From: Vicugna vicugna
Lineage: Eukaryota
Direction of reading: 5' to 3'
Assembly: GCA_013265495.1 (NCBI GenBank)
Contig: MU058636.1
Span: 6,235,741 to 6,299,740, forward strand
Length of the DNA stretch: 64,000 nt
Position numbers and translations under genes: made by a program
Shown here: in pieces, positions 1 through 12,959 of the stretch
Position numbering within the stretch: position 1 is the first letter of the stretch
Layout of the letters: each line of letters begins with the position of its first letter
Notes under the pieces: generated by a model
The model's input: only the letters and a program-made list of their open reading frames with translations
The model's database searches: none
Told to the model about the DNA's origin: nothing

Positions 1-81
1 GGCTTCCAGGATTTCCTGATTTCAGGAAGGCAGATGAGGTGTGGTCTTAAGTCCAGTGCCTGTAGCTGACCTATGTGATTC

Positions 82-277
82 AAGTTTTAAATCTTGGAGG
101 ATCACACACCTCTTCAAGAATCTTATGAAAATGATAGATTGACTCCTCAAAAAAAAAAAAAAGCAGATGAACTCAAAATTGTGAATATGGTTTCAAGGGA
201 GGGTTTTCAGAACTAAATACACCCACATGTCTGTCTCAGCCACTCCCATCTTAGATCCATGGATTCAAAATAAGAAA
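82..277. mobile_element. hAT-Charlie MITE relic (MER103C-like)
   Basis: gatcacacacctcttcaagaatcttatgaaaatgatag...aaaattgtgaatatggtttcaaggg...tccatggattc resembles the recalled MER103C consensus; boundaries approximate. Confidence 0.55.
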
Positions 278-3129
278 ATATGATTTATACTCTACGTTTT
301 TTCTGTGACAATATAATTAAGTGACATGTTAAATTTAAAGGGAAATAATTTGTTATGTTTCTGGTGAAATTTATTTGCATTTGAGCACAGACATGCTGAA
401 GACAGAAATTAATCCAGAGGCACTGTGCTGGGGCAGGCAGAGAGCTAGGTGGACAGATGACGAGACAGCTGTCAGCATCACTCACACCAAGGCACAGCAT
501 CATCGTTGAAGAAAAACCTACGTGTGCGTGACAGGAGTGGTGGAGGGAGTGCTTCATAGGAAGCGCACAAAACAGCAGAAACAAACACAGGTCCTGCCCT
601 TGAAAAATGGAAAACCTGAAACCCTGAATGTGTGCCTTCTTGTCTCGCCTCTGCTCCCCCACTCTGCATTGGTGATCTTGGCTCAGTCATTTAAATTCTC
701 TGTATTTTGGTTTTAGCACCTGTGAAATAAGAATCATAGTATCTGCCTACAGAGAATTCAGGGGAAGTGGTCATCTTGGAGATGTTGGTGCTAATTGCAG
801 TCAGGACGGTCTGTACAAGAAATATCCGTCCTCTTTTCTTCCAGAGCAGGGGGAGCAAAGGAAAGACTTGTGATGGAAAAGTAGTCACAGAAAATTGCTG
901 GGGCCCCAACCCACCTTCAGCCTGGGAAAGGAGACGAGGAGTGAGTGCCTTTTCCCTGGGACTTGCGTTAGCTGGACTTGAGACTTCAGAAGATCTACCC
1001 TTCTTGGGCAGCTAGGAGCTGGGAAACCCAGTACTCATGTTTTAAAGGCCAACGTTCATGGAGCAATCGTGGAATGAAATGTTACATAAAAATAAGGAGT
1101 GGGGTCGTTCCCAGGAAGGGAGGAAACGAGGGTAAGATATCTTGGAAAATGCTAGCTTTTGTTTCATTGAAATGAACTAGAGTTCTGTATTTTAGGAGTT
1201 ATTCAAACACTACAGAAACCAAGAGAAGTTTCAAAATGCTTTTCCTAACATGGAATCTGCAGTTTACTCCAGCCCTCAATCAATATTTGGGTTATTTGAA
1301 TTAACAATTTTAACATCTACTCACACTAATTTTGCTCTTTTAATATTAAGTCATATTTTAATCCAAAAGACTCCATACAGGTAAAGAATTCAAACTTCAT
1401 TGGGTATCTCACCAAAGTTTTAAGTGACATGATTGATAACTGTTTTCCAATGTGGAAAATACAATTTGCATTTCTTCTTTGATGTCAAGGTTGGAGAGCC
1501 CTTTTATTTGTCAGAATGATAAGCTCTGTATGCAAAAGGTTACAAAGGAAGAAGCAAATTGGTAGATTGACATTTTCATCTAATTTAACACAAACATAAT
1601 TACAGGTATAAAATCTGAAATGGAAATAAATTAGAATTATGCCTCTGCCATTTTGGAGTGTGCATCCATGAGCTAAATTAAACAAAGAAGAAGAATCCAT
1701 TGACTTGAAAGGGGGGATATAATTGGGGGTGGAGGCCAACAAATGAAGAGCAAAGCTTTGAGACTCCTCTGCATGGATTTTTACTAACCCATCTAGATCC
1801 AGACTTTCTGATTCTTGCATTCTAGTTGAGTTGGCATAATAAACACAACAAACCAAAACCCTTTGTCTTCTTCCTCCTGGGTTTTCTTCTTTGATTGGAT
1901 TTACTTGTTTTTCAAAAGACTCATACTTCACATACACGGAGTTTGTTGGCCTTCGGCACCAACAATCCGTCATGTATATTCCAGATCAACCTGGGAAATC
2001 AGTCATAGAAGGCTTGATGGGACTGCTGCTCAACGGTGACCTCTTCGCTTGACATCTGGGTCTCTCCCTACGAGGGCAGGGTTTTTATTTCAAGGTCAGA
2101 GATCCTGAATTTCCTCAACTCAAATTTTCTAAAAGTCAAGAAACTCAATATCCAGGAAAGAAAAAAAAAGATCTAATTTATCAATGGAATACTCTTATGA
2201 AGTAGGTGCATTACTCCCATTTTAGAGTTTGAAGTTCTTTAAAGAGCTAACAGTAAGCTAATAAGTGTCAGAGCTGAAATTCTAACCTGGGTGTATTGGA
2301 GTTGAATAATCAGTTAAGACAAATGATCTATCTGCTATCCGTTATCCAGCCTTGGTGTCAATCATGTATTTATACATCATTATACAAGCCATCTATACTA
2401 TACTCACACCACACAGGTTTTTTTCACATTATATATATTTTTTTATATTATGCAGCCATATGCATAACCAAAGTGAACCTTAAAAATTAGTAATAACAAC
2501 ACAGATGACACGAGCTGCAATTATTCAACATTAGCTAACTGGATTTGAAGCGGAAGCTGTACAATTTTAACTTAATGCAGTATTTTCCTGAGCACAGTTT
2601 GACACTAGCTCTTACATGATTTGGGGCTGAACGTGGCAGAAAGGATTGCAGATGGGGGGCAGGGTAGAGGCACTGCTGGGAATGGGAAGAGTGAGGGAAG
2701 CAGCCCTGCAGACGCAGCTCTGGGGGACTCGGCGCACTCCTCCCCGCGCCCTCAGGTTCCAGCTTCCATGAGGGGGTAGGAGTCATGGCTGGAGGGACAA
2801 AGTGGGATCAGCATCCTGGTTTACACCTTGACAGCTCGTTAAGCTGAATCCACTCTGGTCAACTTGGGACTTCACTTGAAGCTGGAATCATTTTCCTATT
2901 AAGTGACTACGCCCTCTAGGAACTGCTTAGCTTCCCAGCAATAATTTGCACACACCAGTCCCTACAGACGGTGTGCAAGCAGGAGAGAGCTTTGTAGGAG
3001 CATCACAGGGCCGCCCTGCGGCCAGACACCACCCAGGTTGCCGACCTGGGGCAGCGATGACTTCTGAGGATGGCTGGCCTTGCCCACAAATGCAGAAGGA
3101 AAACCACCTGCCTCCTGTGATATCAGCCC

Positions 3130-3364
3130 CTAGAGTCAGGCTGGCGGGACTCAGATCCCAGCTCCGCCATGTAGTGACTATGGGGCTTGCAGCAAATTAT
3201 AGAAACACGGTGTCTCCGCTTCCTTAACTGTTAAAACAATGGGAGAAAAATCATTGAGCCTGATTCTTAAGTTGACATAGGAATTAAATAAAATAACACA
3301 AGTAAAGCTCTTACGAGAGTGCCTAACGCATCATAAGCCCTCAAAATATGTCAGTGATTATTAT
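3130..3364 (+). mobile_element. MIR SINE
   Basis: cagatcccagctccgccat...tccttaactgttaaaacaatggga...gtgcctaacgcatcataagccctcaaaatatgtcagtgattattat follows the MIR body and 3' tail. Confidence 0.75.
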
Positions 3365-3859
3365 GTGCAAACTTTAGAGGATGTTTCCTCTAAAAGTCGC
3401 AACATCCTACCCTTTGGTAGCACGAAGAATCTCATATCCTTTTAGTAAATTCCAGATGCCATTTTCCAAAAAATACAAGAACCTTGGCAAAATCCTAATA
3501 TCATTGTCAAGTAAGATATTCATTACCTCTTTGCTTAAAATATTTATTATCTGTTGGAATTCCCATAATTAAGTACAACAAATAGTCCCCTTCATTACCC
3601 ATGCTGCGGTGGGTAGGGACAGCACAGGAACTGTGATTCTATCAGCCACGTGTGCAGACTTGTGGTACACACATTAGCTTTGAAAAAGCCAGCCTTGCAC
3701 GTATCATTTCTCACTATACTACCCAAATTTCAATCCTCCTACTTTTAAGCTCCTACAGCGTAGGAGAGCAGTATCCAAAGGGTATGCAATTCAGTTGGGT
3801 GGAAAAAGCATGGATGAGTGACAAGCTAAATAATAAAACAACAGTCCAACAGATGTTAG

Positions 3860-4350
3860 ATTTCAAGAAATATTTAGTGAGCAGCTATCAGCAAGGCCCA
3901 CTTCATAGGAACTCTGGGGACCCAGTACAAAGAACATAAAGAGCAGGATCCGTGGCCAAGAACTCAGGCTGGCGAAGGGTAAAAATGCAGTGTAAGAGTA
4001 CTTCTAATCCTAGAGCGACTCCAGTGAGTGCTAAAATAAAAGCGATTGCTAAATGCAGTGGAAGCAATCAGAGTAGGAAGACTCTGGTCTGAGGACATGA
4101 GATGCGTGTGCAGAGGAGGGAGGGGTTTGTGGAAGAGGAAAGAACGTAAACAAGGGCACGGAAAGAGGGACGCCCGGGGCGGGTCTGGACTTCCCAGTGA
4201 GAGCAGGGCGTGGGGCGAATGATGCTAAAGATAGACTGAGCGGCTGTATAAACAACTTTATGCTGAAGGCTGAGGGGAACTGACAACTCAAAATGAAGTA
4301 GGGGATCACTGAAGGTTTTTAACAAGAACGGTGGTGTAATCAGAACGTTC
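3860..4350 (-). mobile_element. L2 LINE 3' fragment
   Basis: ttcaagaaatatttagtgagcagctat... and ggggatcactgaaggtttttaacaag...atcaga are typical reverse-strand L2 motifs. Confidence 0.6.
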
Positions 4351-4692
4351 ATGGGAGTACAACCTAAGCACGGGGTGCAGCAAAGACTTTGAGTTCTCCC
4401 AGCCTTGGTCTGAATGTTCTTATGACCTGGGCTTCAATCTCTCTAAGCTTCCAAATGGGCTAAAAACGCCTGCCCTACCTTCGTCCCAGGGCTTTTGTGA
4501 GCATGAACTCAGAACGAAACAGGGTGTCGTTGTCAGGGTCAGTTGGCAGTGGGAGAGACCGCAGGTCTCAGGACCTTACTTACAGGGTCCACAGAAGCAG
4601 TGAGGACCCGGGCTGGGCAAAAGCGGTTACATAGGATGTTAAAGGATAGGGCTACCTTCCCTGCCCCGTTCCCAGGTAATTTATTCATGCAT

Positions 4693-4718
4693 TGTGTGTG
4701 TGTGAGTGTGTGTGTGTG
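4693..4718. repeat. (TG)n microsatellite, one interruption
   Basis: tgtgtgtgtgtgagtgtgtgtgtgtg read directly. Confidence 0.95.
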
Positions 4719-6344
4719 TTTAATTTACCCAGTCTTAGAGTTTTCTGTTGCAAGGTGTTAACATAACCTCAAGAATAGCATTTTTTATCACTTTCCACCA
4801 CTTCCTTATATGTTTGTGACTAACCATGATATGACAGCAGATACCACTTAAATAGTTCTATGCTTAAATATCCCCCCTGCATTTCCATTAAAAATCAGAT
4901 GAAGTATTTTCATTTTCTATTGAAAATGAGAATGTATATAATTAAATCATGTTGTATAATGCTATGGCATTTGAATTATTAATCCTGAAACTCTATAAAT
5001 CATCTGTCTACACTAATCTGTGATACAGGCCAATTTTTTATGGTGCTTAAACTGTGGACCTGATTTCTCTGGACTCCCTTTCTATCACGTGGACGCTGTC
5101 CCCTTCCTACTAGGGTGCACAGAAGTCTTTCAGCGCCTCTGTTCTTTTCTCTCTCCTTCTACAGTTCCCAGACCCTGCCTCAGCCTTGATTAATGGTCCT
5201 TCAGAGGGGAATCCATCTCTAGTGGCAAGCTCTGGGGCTCACACACAGTGTTGGTTTGTGTTTCTTGCATATGCTAACAAACACGCCCCTTCCTCCCAGT
5301 GGATCTGTCTCAGAAACACACGCCTCTTAAGTGTAAGCAGGAAGCTGGCACTACCAGCTGAGGCCGCAGATTTCTAGGTGTCCGTTTCCTTGGTATTGAT
5401 CCCATGCTTGCTACAAAGGGCTCGGGTTCGCCCTGTGCCACCTGGCAGGCTGTGGAACGGTTCTGCCAGCTCCAGCCTCAGGCAATCCGTCTCAGGGCTT
5501 CAGTAATTGCTCTTGTTTTCTTGATTCAAACACAATATTCACTTCTCCTAGTCACGGGACACTCACTACCCATTTTGTCACCTAAGATATTTTTCATATT
5601 TCATCAAGATATTCTGATATGGCCAGAAGAAGCTTCAGGTCCTGACTGATGAAGAGCAAGTGAAACTTAGACACGCCCAGCTTTAGGGAGGCTTCTGCAG
5701 AAGATTTCATTCCCCAGTGTGGGCATCCTGACCATCCCCGTCCGTCTGCCCTTTCTACCTGATTAAAACTCTGCTTATCCTCTAAGGCTTATTTCAAGCC
5801 TCATTTACTCCCAAAAGGCTTCCGTTAAAACACTTCAACCCACAGAGATCATATCGTTTTCTGAAAATGTGCTTCTTGCCAACTGGGCCACCATTTGGAA
5901 CCTAATTCAATACTGCCTAATAGAGTGACTTAACTCAGCAGATACTTGTCTTTGTACCAGGAATGGTAACTTCCCCAGAGGAAAATAATTGATTTCTTTT
6001 TTGTACAATGAAGTTTAATCACAATTATAGAAATGTGGCTTTGGGTTTGCACTATTAACATACGTATCGTCCAGCCCAACAGGAAGGGCCCGCCCCCACC
6101 ATCCCAGCCTGGCAAAACCAGAGCTTCCAGACACCAGGGTGGGAGGGTGACCCACAGGGTCTGGCAGGAACAGAAGATGAGGATGTTTCCAGGCATGGAG
6201 TCCCCAGGACTGGGGACACAGGCCCCCCCCTGGGAGAGAACGTGGCCACTGCCTCTAGAGACCCCTAAACTGGGGAGGAGTGTGATTTATTTTTTTAATG
6301 TCCAAGAGAACCAAGAACACTTCTCTTCATACACGTAGGAGGTG

Positions 6345-6516
6345 AGTGGGAAGAAACAGTTAATTCTCCCCACAGTATCCATTGTACCCTTCTTCTTCAG
6401 CAATAGAACCCTAGAGTGTTAGCTGGGCACGTGGGTCCCTGGGTAGACTGCGCTTCCCAGCCTTCCTCTATTCTAGCTGCAAAACATGACTAAGTTCTTT
6501 CCAACAGATGTAAATG
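6345..6516 (+). mobile_element. Old MaLR LTR 5' part (MLT1I/J-like)
   Basis: ccttcttcttcagcaatagaacc...agctgggcacgtgg...cttcccagcct...catgactaagttct is characteristic of older MLT1 LTRs. Confidence 0.65.
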
Positions 6517-6745
6517 ATGTGTAAGCTGATAACAGCTCTCAAAGGTATGTCTTCATCTTATCTCCGGAACCTGTGAATGTTACCTTATTTGGAAAAAGGG
6601 TCTAAAGATGTGAATAAATGAAGAATCTTGAGATGGGGAGATTATCTTGGATTATCTGAGTGAGTCCTAAATCCAGTCAGAAGTATCCTTATAAGAGAGA
6701 AGCAGAGAAAGATTTAACACGCATAAAAAGGAAGGTAATCTGACA
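6517..6745 (+). mobile_element. MaLR LTR 5' half (MLT1C/D-like)
   Basis: ggaacctgtgaatgttaccttatttggaaaaagggtct...gagatggggagattatcttggattatc...ctaaatccagt...tccttataagaga. Confidence 0.85.
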
Positions 6746-6764
6746 GGCTTTGCTGGGCATCCTT

Positions 6765-7295
6765 TTTCTAGGGCTGAAGACATTAGGCATGTGACTCATG
6801 AATCCACACAACCATCTCAGAAGAAGCCAGAAATAGAGATGGGGTTGCCCAGAAAGGTCTGTGGAAGACCATTGGGTCTAATAGTGTGAATCCAGGTGAC
6901 ATACACAGGAGACTCGCAAGGTTTTTGAGAATATTATACCAGCAGAAACGCTGTTATCTTGAACTAGAAAGGGGCAGATACAGAATAAAATGTAAGAAGG
7001 TTGGAGGGCTCCTAAAAATTCTATATGGAGGAAAAAGGTTGAAAAAATTATTTAGCTGCAAACATAGGCTACCCTTCAAGAAGAAAGGAGAATGACTCAG
7101 AACAGAGGCACAGGTGCAGAAGCAGAGGCCACAGCTGTGGACAAAGAGGCTCAATCTGCAGAGGCCTGAGCCTTGGGTGCAGGGGACAGAACTATAGGAC
7201 CAGAGAATAGAGCCTCAAGTGATAGGAAATCATGCCTTGAGAAACTAATGGGATTTCCTCTGCTAGATTTCAAAATTCCTTGGGAACAGCAAGCA
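6765..7295 (+). mobile_element. MaLR internal sequence (MLT1-int) fragment
   Basis: caaccatctcagaagaagccagaaatagagatggggtt...aaggtttttgagaatattataccagcagaaac...tttagctgcaaacat matches recalled MLT1-int; ORF 6886-7095 derives from it. Confidence 0.7.
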
Positions 7296-7784
7296 CTGGA
7301 CAATGAAGACCATGTAGTATTCCAGCACCAGTCTGTGATGTGTATGTGTTATCATGCAATTATATACATAAGGCATTAATTTCTTAGCAATAGTCCTACA
7401 TTTTTTCATAGACATGTGGTTTTTTTTTTAGTATTTATATATAATTTTTACCCAAAGGTTCATATTTAACTTCTCTTAATATCCCTTGTTCTCACACCCA
7501 GATATTGTTAAGCAGTAGCATTTGTATTTCTCAAATGTTTTACATAAGTTGGACATGTTTCTTATTCCAATATCCTATCTGAAGGATATTGGAATATTTG
7601 GCATAGCCTAATTTGATACAATAACCTCTAATTTGCCCCAGTATCTTCAAACTTTCCAATCTTACTTAGAGAACAGAAAAATCTCTTCCTGAAGCATAAT
7701 TTTGACTGTCACTTTCAATGGTTGCCCACTAGCTAAACAATAAAGGGCCCAAACTTGCATTTATCCTTTAAGTATTTATAAGAC

Positions 7785-7907
7785 ACACACCAAAAATGTA
7801 AATAGTGCTTATCTCTTGCGGTTATTTAGATGGCTAATTTTTTTCTTCTTTGTGTGTTTTTGTATTTTTCAAATTTGCCATAATCGATATATATTATTTT
7901 AAGCAAC
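7785..7907 (+). mobile_element. L1ME-type 3' end, interrupted by the following MLT1B
   Basis: acaccaaaaatgtaaatagtgcttatctct...tttttgtatttttcaaattt...tattattttaagcaa; the tail resumes as taaaaataaatttt after 8301. Confidence 0.55.
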
Positions 7908-8296
7908 TGTCTTAGTCAGTTCAGTCTGCCATAACAAACAACAGAAACTTGTTTTCTCATCGTCTGGAGGCTGGAATTCCCAGATCAAGGTCTGGCAGGG
8001 TTCAGGTTCTGGTGAGAGCCCTTTCCCTGGCTTGTAGTTAGCTGTCTTCTCACTATGTCTTCACGTGGCCTTTCCTTGGAGTATGTACACAGAGGGTGTA
8101 TACTGTTCGCAGGGGGGTTCTCTGGTGTCTCTTCTTAAAAGGTCAGCAACTTAATTAGATCAGGCCCCCACCCTTCTGACTTCATTTAACCTTAGTTACT
8201 TCTCTAGCGGCCCCGTCTCCAAATGTATTTCCCCTGGGGGTTAGGGCTTCAATATAGAAACCTTGGGGAAGGGGGACAAACATTAAGTCTATAACG
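7908..8296 (-). mobile_element. MaLR solo LTR (MLT1B/MLT1A-like) with 5-bp TSD
   Basis: tgtcttagtcagttcagtctgccataac...ggttagggcttcaatat...cattaagtctataacg; flanks gcaac (7903-7907) and gcaat (8297-8301). Confidence 0.9.
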
Positions 8297-8859
8297 GCAA
8301 TAAAAATAAATTTTATTATTACTCATAATCCTCTTTTCTACCTGTTTAGGCTTTATATAAGTATCATGAAACAGGAAAACAACTCAGTGTTATTGCAATC
8401 AGTCTATTCAGGACTGTGGATCCTTGAATGTGGTTCTGGATGCATGAACATCCAGCAACCAGGGTAACTGACTGCCTGCTCAACAGCAGGAGTCTGTGGC
8501 TTCAACATTCCTGCTTCATCATAGATGGATCAGCAACTCTGTCTCTGCCTCGACTGAAAAATGTGCTGACACTGCTGAAGCTCCTTGAGAGGATCTGATT
8601 GGTTCACCCAGCCAGTAAAGGGCAGATATATACTCAACAACCTATGACCCCTGGGTAAATGAAGGCCCTTGGGCTCAGTCTCTGTGCCTGCTCCGGTAAG
8701 CCATGGCTGGGCTAGAAAGACTATGGGGTGATTTGTTTGTACGAAGCCAGTGAGAAGAAGGTTGTGGCTATAAAAGGCATTCTTCCTGGAGAGGTTAGGG
8801 TACCTGGAAATCACTCTGCTTGGTCTGGCCATTATGCTACCTTAATATAAATACTATCT

Positions 8860-9370
8860 TAATCCACAGATATTTACTATATATATTTATTAAGTTGCAA
8901 AGAATGTTGCTACTTGCTAGGAATACAATGATAAATAGCTCAAAGTCCTTTCCTTATCAGAGCTCTCACTTCTGAAGGGAGAGAGACACATATTAAAATG
9001 ATAACTTTATCATTCATCATGAAAAATGACTTGTCATGAAATAAAAGCTAATAGTTATTGATAAGGTATTCTGGGGCCCCATAGTTCAAAATGATTAACA
9101 GAGATGTCAGTGGAAGCATCACATGGACAGCAACAAAATCATCAGCCTTTAAGGAACCAATGGCTTTTGCCAGGTGGAAAAGAGCATTTCAGGAGAAGGC
9201 AACAGCATGGGTAAGGACTTCTAGATGCCAAGGCATATGGTTATTTGGGAGCAGAGAGTATGTCAGGGGAATACTTATAGACAAGTCCACAGGAAAATAA
9301 GCAGGTGAGTGATGAAGAAAAGACTGTAATGTAGTTAAGATGTCAAGGAATCTAAATTTTATCTTGTAGC
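8860..9370 (-). mobile_element. L2 LINE fragment
   Basis: atatttattaag...aaagtcctttccttatcagagctc...agagcatttcaggagaaggcaacagcatgggtaagg. Confidence 0.6.
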
Positions 9371-10699
9371 TGCAGTCTTTTCCACTGGAAATAATCTCTT
9401 CTCTCTCTGAACCCCCTTACAGACTATATGTTGCTTGCTATGTTGTTGGTGTGACATCATTGCTGGTCTTATCTATTCTAAAGAACATAAGCATATAAAG
9501 GGAAGGATCTATTGATTATTTTCTGTATCTTCAATGTATTTATTACAGTGCTATAAAGACAGTCAAAAATTAAGTATGCCAAATGGATAGTGTTTCTTAA
9601 TTCTGGATTATAGAGATAGTGTCTTGACAATTCCCTCAAAATACATGTGACCTCAGATGTTTCTGCTAAAGAAAATAAGAAAGTTCCCATTTATTGATTC
9701 AAGACGGCACTGAGGGGAAAGGCCAAAGAGGAATGAGAACCATGTCTTGAAAGTGCTGACCCAGGGTTAGAGTTATCAAGCATGCCATCTTCCTATTGAA
9801 TCCTGAAAAAAATCTGAAGTTTCAAGCTGTTATAAAAATCCATCTCACTGAGAGAAAGGATTCTTTTTTATAGTGCCTTAAAAGGTTCATGAGAAGAATA
9901 AGGCTAAATATAACCATAAGTAAACCTAAGTGTGGTTTGGCAACACACATGCAGAAATAGCACTAAATCAACAATAGAATAATATCACTGCTGACTCTTA
10001 TGCAACGCTGACGCCGGCAGCAGCTAACAGTGAGTATTAGAACTGATGTCAGCAGAAGATGCTAACTTTTAAGCCCTAAGACATCACAGGTGAGATGACT
10101 ATATGCCAGAAGCGTATTCCTTTAGAGGAAATAGTTTGTTCGGCCCTTCCAAATTTCAGTTCACCCAGGCTACTTAAGGATAATCAAGGGCTTACTTGCC
10201 ACGAAAGTGAAAAGAAACAGCCAAACTCAGAACAATGAGGAGCAAATCATGCGGTGCTTCCTGGGTGACAGGAGAACCTGTACTGAAGGCCAGGGCTCAA
10301 GTGAAGCCATTTGGGGAGGGTCTTAGAAACTAGTTCAGCACCCCCATTTTTATAGTTTATCCTCACAAGTGGTCTTCAAGGCGGTCATTCTTGTCCCATC
10401 TTACCAGTGAGAAATTCAAGGTTCAGAGAGATTGGCTCTCTTGAAATAATTCTTTGATAAGAGGCAGATCAAATCATTGTCTATAAGATTCAGTCATTCT
10501 AATGACATCCTATTAGAGCTTTCGGTCCTTGTCCACTTTCAGCATGTTTTCCAGTTTGGGACCTGTTACTCTAATGACAAAGAACAGAGAGAGCATCTGA
10601 GTTCTTAATTAAAATTTTCCATTTCTAACTCAATGTTTAGGACCATTATTTTAATACAATTATAACATCTAGTAAGAAGAAATTGGCTTTTAGTCCCTC

Positions 10700-10795
10700 A
10701 TTTCTTTCTGTTTTCTTTACATTTCCTTTCTTTCTTTTTATTTCTTTCCTTCTTTCTTTCTTCCTTCCTTACTACCTTTCCTTCCTTCTCTTTAT
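10700..10795. repeat. Pyrimidine-rich low-complexity tract ((TTTC)n/(CTTC)n-like)
   Basis: tttctttctgttttcttt...ttccttctttctttcttccttcctt...tttccttccttctcttt. Confidence 0.85.
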
Positions 10796-11019
10796 TGTAA
10801 TTTTTTCATTAACAGATATTCCAACAGTCTTTGAAAACAACAGCATTTACAGATGAAACTAGGAGCAAAAGAGAATTACTCCTTGCTTTTGCTGTCAGTT
10901 AATATTTAAATTGTGCCAGTAACAAATAAGGTTGGGGGCACTGTTCTCATACAGAAAAGCTGTACTGGGTATGGCGTCCCTTTAATAACAGGCATACTAT
11001 TTCTTGAGCTATCAGATCA

Positions 11020-11480
11020 ACCACCGATAACTAGTTTTTTCTAAATGTTATCAGTGACAAACATCTTCCTTGATTTACTTGACTTCTCCATTGCACCAAA
11101 AACTGTTGCCTGTTTGTTTCTAAGAATTCATTCTTCTCTTGACTTCTGCCTGGCTCTTTGTTAAATCTACCATTGGGAGCATCCCTTCTTCTGTCTAAGC
11201 TCTAAACATTGGAGTTCTCAGAACTTGGTCCTTGACATTCTTCATGGAAAACATAGGCTCTCATTTTATCCCTAAGACATGTATTATCATTAAATAACAT
11301 GTATTTTTAAATTTTTATTTCTAGGCTAGGCCTTTCTTTTGGACACATAAATGCAACTTCTCATTCTATGTTTCCGCACAGATGTCTCACAGATGCCCTA
11401 ATTCAACCTATCTGAGTCTAGATGTTTGAGCTTTGTCTCCAAATCTGCTTCAGTTCCAGTTTCTTATAATGCTCCTGACA
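11020..11480 (+). mobile_element. L2 LINE fragment
   Basis: ctctaaacattggagttctcagaacttggtccttg...gatgtctcacagatgccctaattcaacctatctgag...ctccaaatctgctt. Confidence 0.55.
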
Positions 11481-11544
11481 TCAGTCTAACTGTCACACCC
11501 ATTCCACTCAGCCCATTATCTGATCAAGTACCACATTCTCAATG

Positions 11545-11830
11545 GACAAAGACTTGGGAAACAACCAGAGGTTATTTTTCCCACTTAAACTATCTGGAAG
11601 TAGGCACTGTTGACATTGGATCAATGGTTTAACAATCTCAGGACCAGCATCCTTCAGTCTTGTTACCTCATTGCTGAAAGATGGCTATTTCCACTCTGGC
11701 CATTAGTACCCATTACAAGCAGGAATAAGAAAGAAAGATAACATTACCTTCTCTGTAACTTTTATCAGGAAAGTAAAAACTTCCCCAGAACTTTCTCAGC
11801 ATCCTCCTGCTGCTCCCCACCCAGAACTTA
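11545..11830 (-). mobile_element. Old MaLR LTR fragment (MLT1K/L-like)
   Basis: ggttatttttccc...tctggaagtaggca...aagatggct...caggaaagtaaaaacttccccagaa. Confidence 0.5.
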
Positions 11831-11959
11831 TTGTACCTCTTCTCCCTCAAAGCTGAAAAGAAGCCACAAATAAGCAGCAAAGGAGAAGTGAGGCCAGCCA
11901 GTCTTTACACACAGATGAGGAGGTGATGGGGCTGCTGTCAGATTTGCTCTGAAAGGTCT

Positions 11960-12440
11960 GTTTGATTTTTCCTTGTAAAGGTCTGGTTTTACATATCTTT
12001 CCGCTGGGCAGGGTATTCTGCACTTGCCCTCAAGATCCACTCTCTGCCCTCTGCCCTGAGAGTCTGACCATGGGGGTTTTGTGGGTGGGGAGAAGGGAAC
12101 CAGCAGGTTTCCTGAGAGCAGCAAGGCAGAGCGGTCTGCCTGGGCTCCCTCCACGCCGGAGCGGGGTTAACATCACTGCTTTTCTCTGCACCAGGCTCTG
12201 CTGGGCAGCCTTGTCCCACAGCTGAGCTCTCTTTGGGTTTTGATGGCTATTCTCTCCTCTTGCCTCTCAGGCCACGGAATAGTGATGACACCCCCCAACC
12301 CCGGTCCTGTTTCTGGCTCTGGCCTGATGAGCATCGCATGTCAGTTTCCTTCACCAGTGCTGCACCTTTGTAAACAGCCCCTTCACTCAGCCTTCTTCAA
12401 TCATCCCTTTGACGTGAGCCATCTGTTTCCTGCCTGATAT
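11960..12440 (+). mobile_element. ERVL-class LTR relic (LTR40/41-like)
   Basis: 3' end tttgtaaacagccccttc...ttgacgtgagccatctgtttcctgcctgatat resembles the ERVL LTR terminus; 5' boundary uncertain. Confidence 0.45.
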
Positions 12441-12959
12441 AGTAATCAATATTGTAACACCGCATTATTCATATTATTGATAACACCACATCCCATGCAG
12501 AAGGAGATGAAAACTGGTTGAATGTGGGGGTGGAAACGGGAGAAGCACATTGCCACCCTGTTCAGGAGTGTGGTGCTGGCAAGGCCATGAGCTAAAAAAA
12601 TGCCTTTGAAGTTCCCTTGCCTCCCACTAAATTCTTCCAGGCATTGAATGGGCAGAAAAATGCAACCTCCCAGTAATTTGTCTTCAATTTAAAACATTAA
12701 CTATCAGTTTTTCTCTTGCATCAATCTAACCTTGTCAGAGGGGCGTATGCACAGAAGAAGAAAGAAAACAAGAGGTTTAGCACAATGTAGGATGTCGCAA
12801 GACACAGCCAGAGACCCACTGAAGGACATCACTCCCGAAGCCCTTCATTCCTAAGGAGCAGATAAACGTCTAGGATGTGTGTGCACAGAGGAAAGGGCGT
12901 TTCCCCCAGCTCCTCAGGAGTTACACAGTATCCCACTGGAAGCCCACATTATTCAAAAT

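Noticed and set aside
5636..5670. Hammerhead-ribozyme-like core: GTC...CTGATGA (5646-5652)...GAAA (5662-5665)
   Set aside because: Only 4 nt lie between the GUC triplet and CUGAUGA, so there is no stem I, and agagcaagt cannot form stem II
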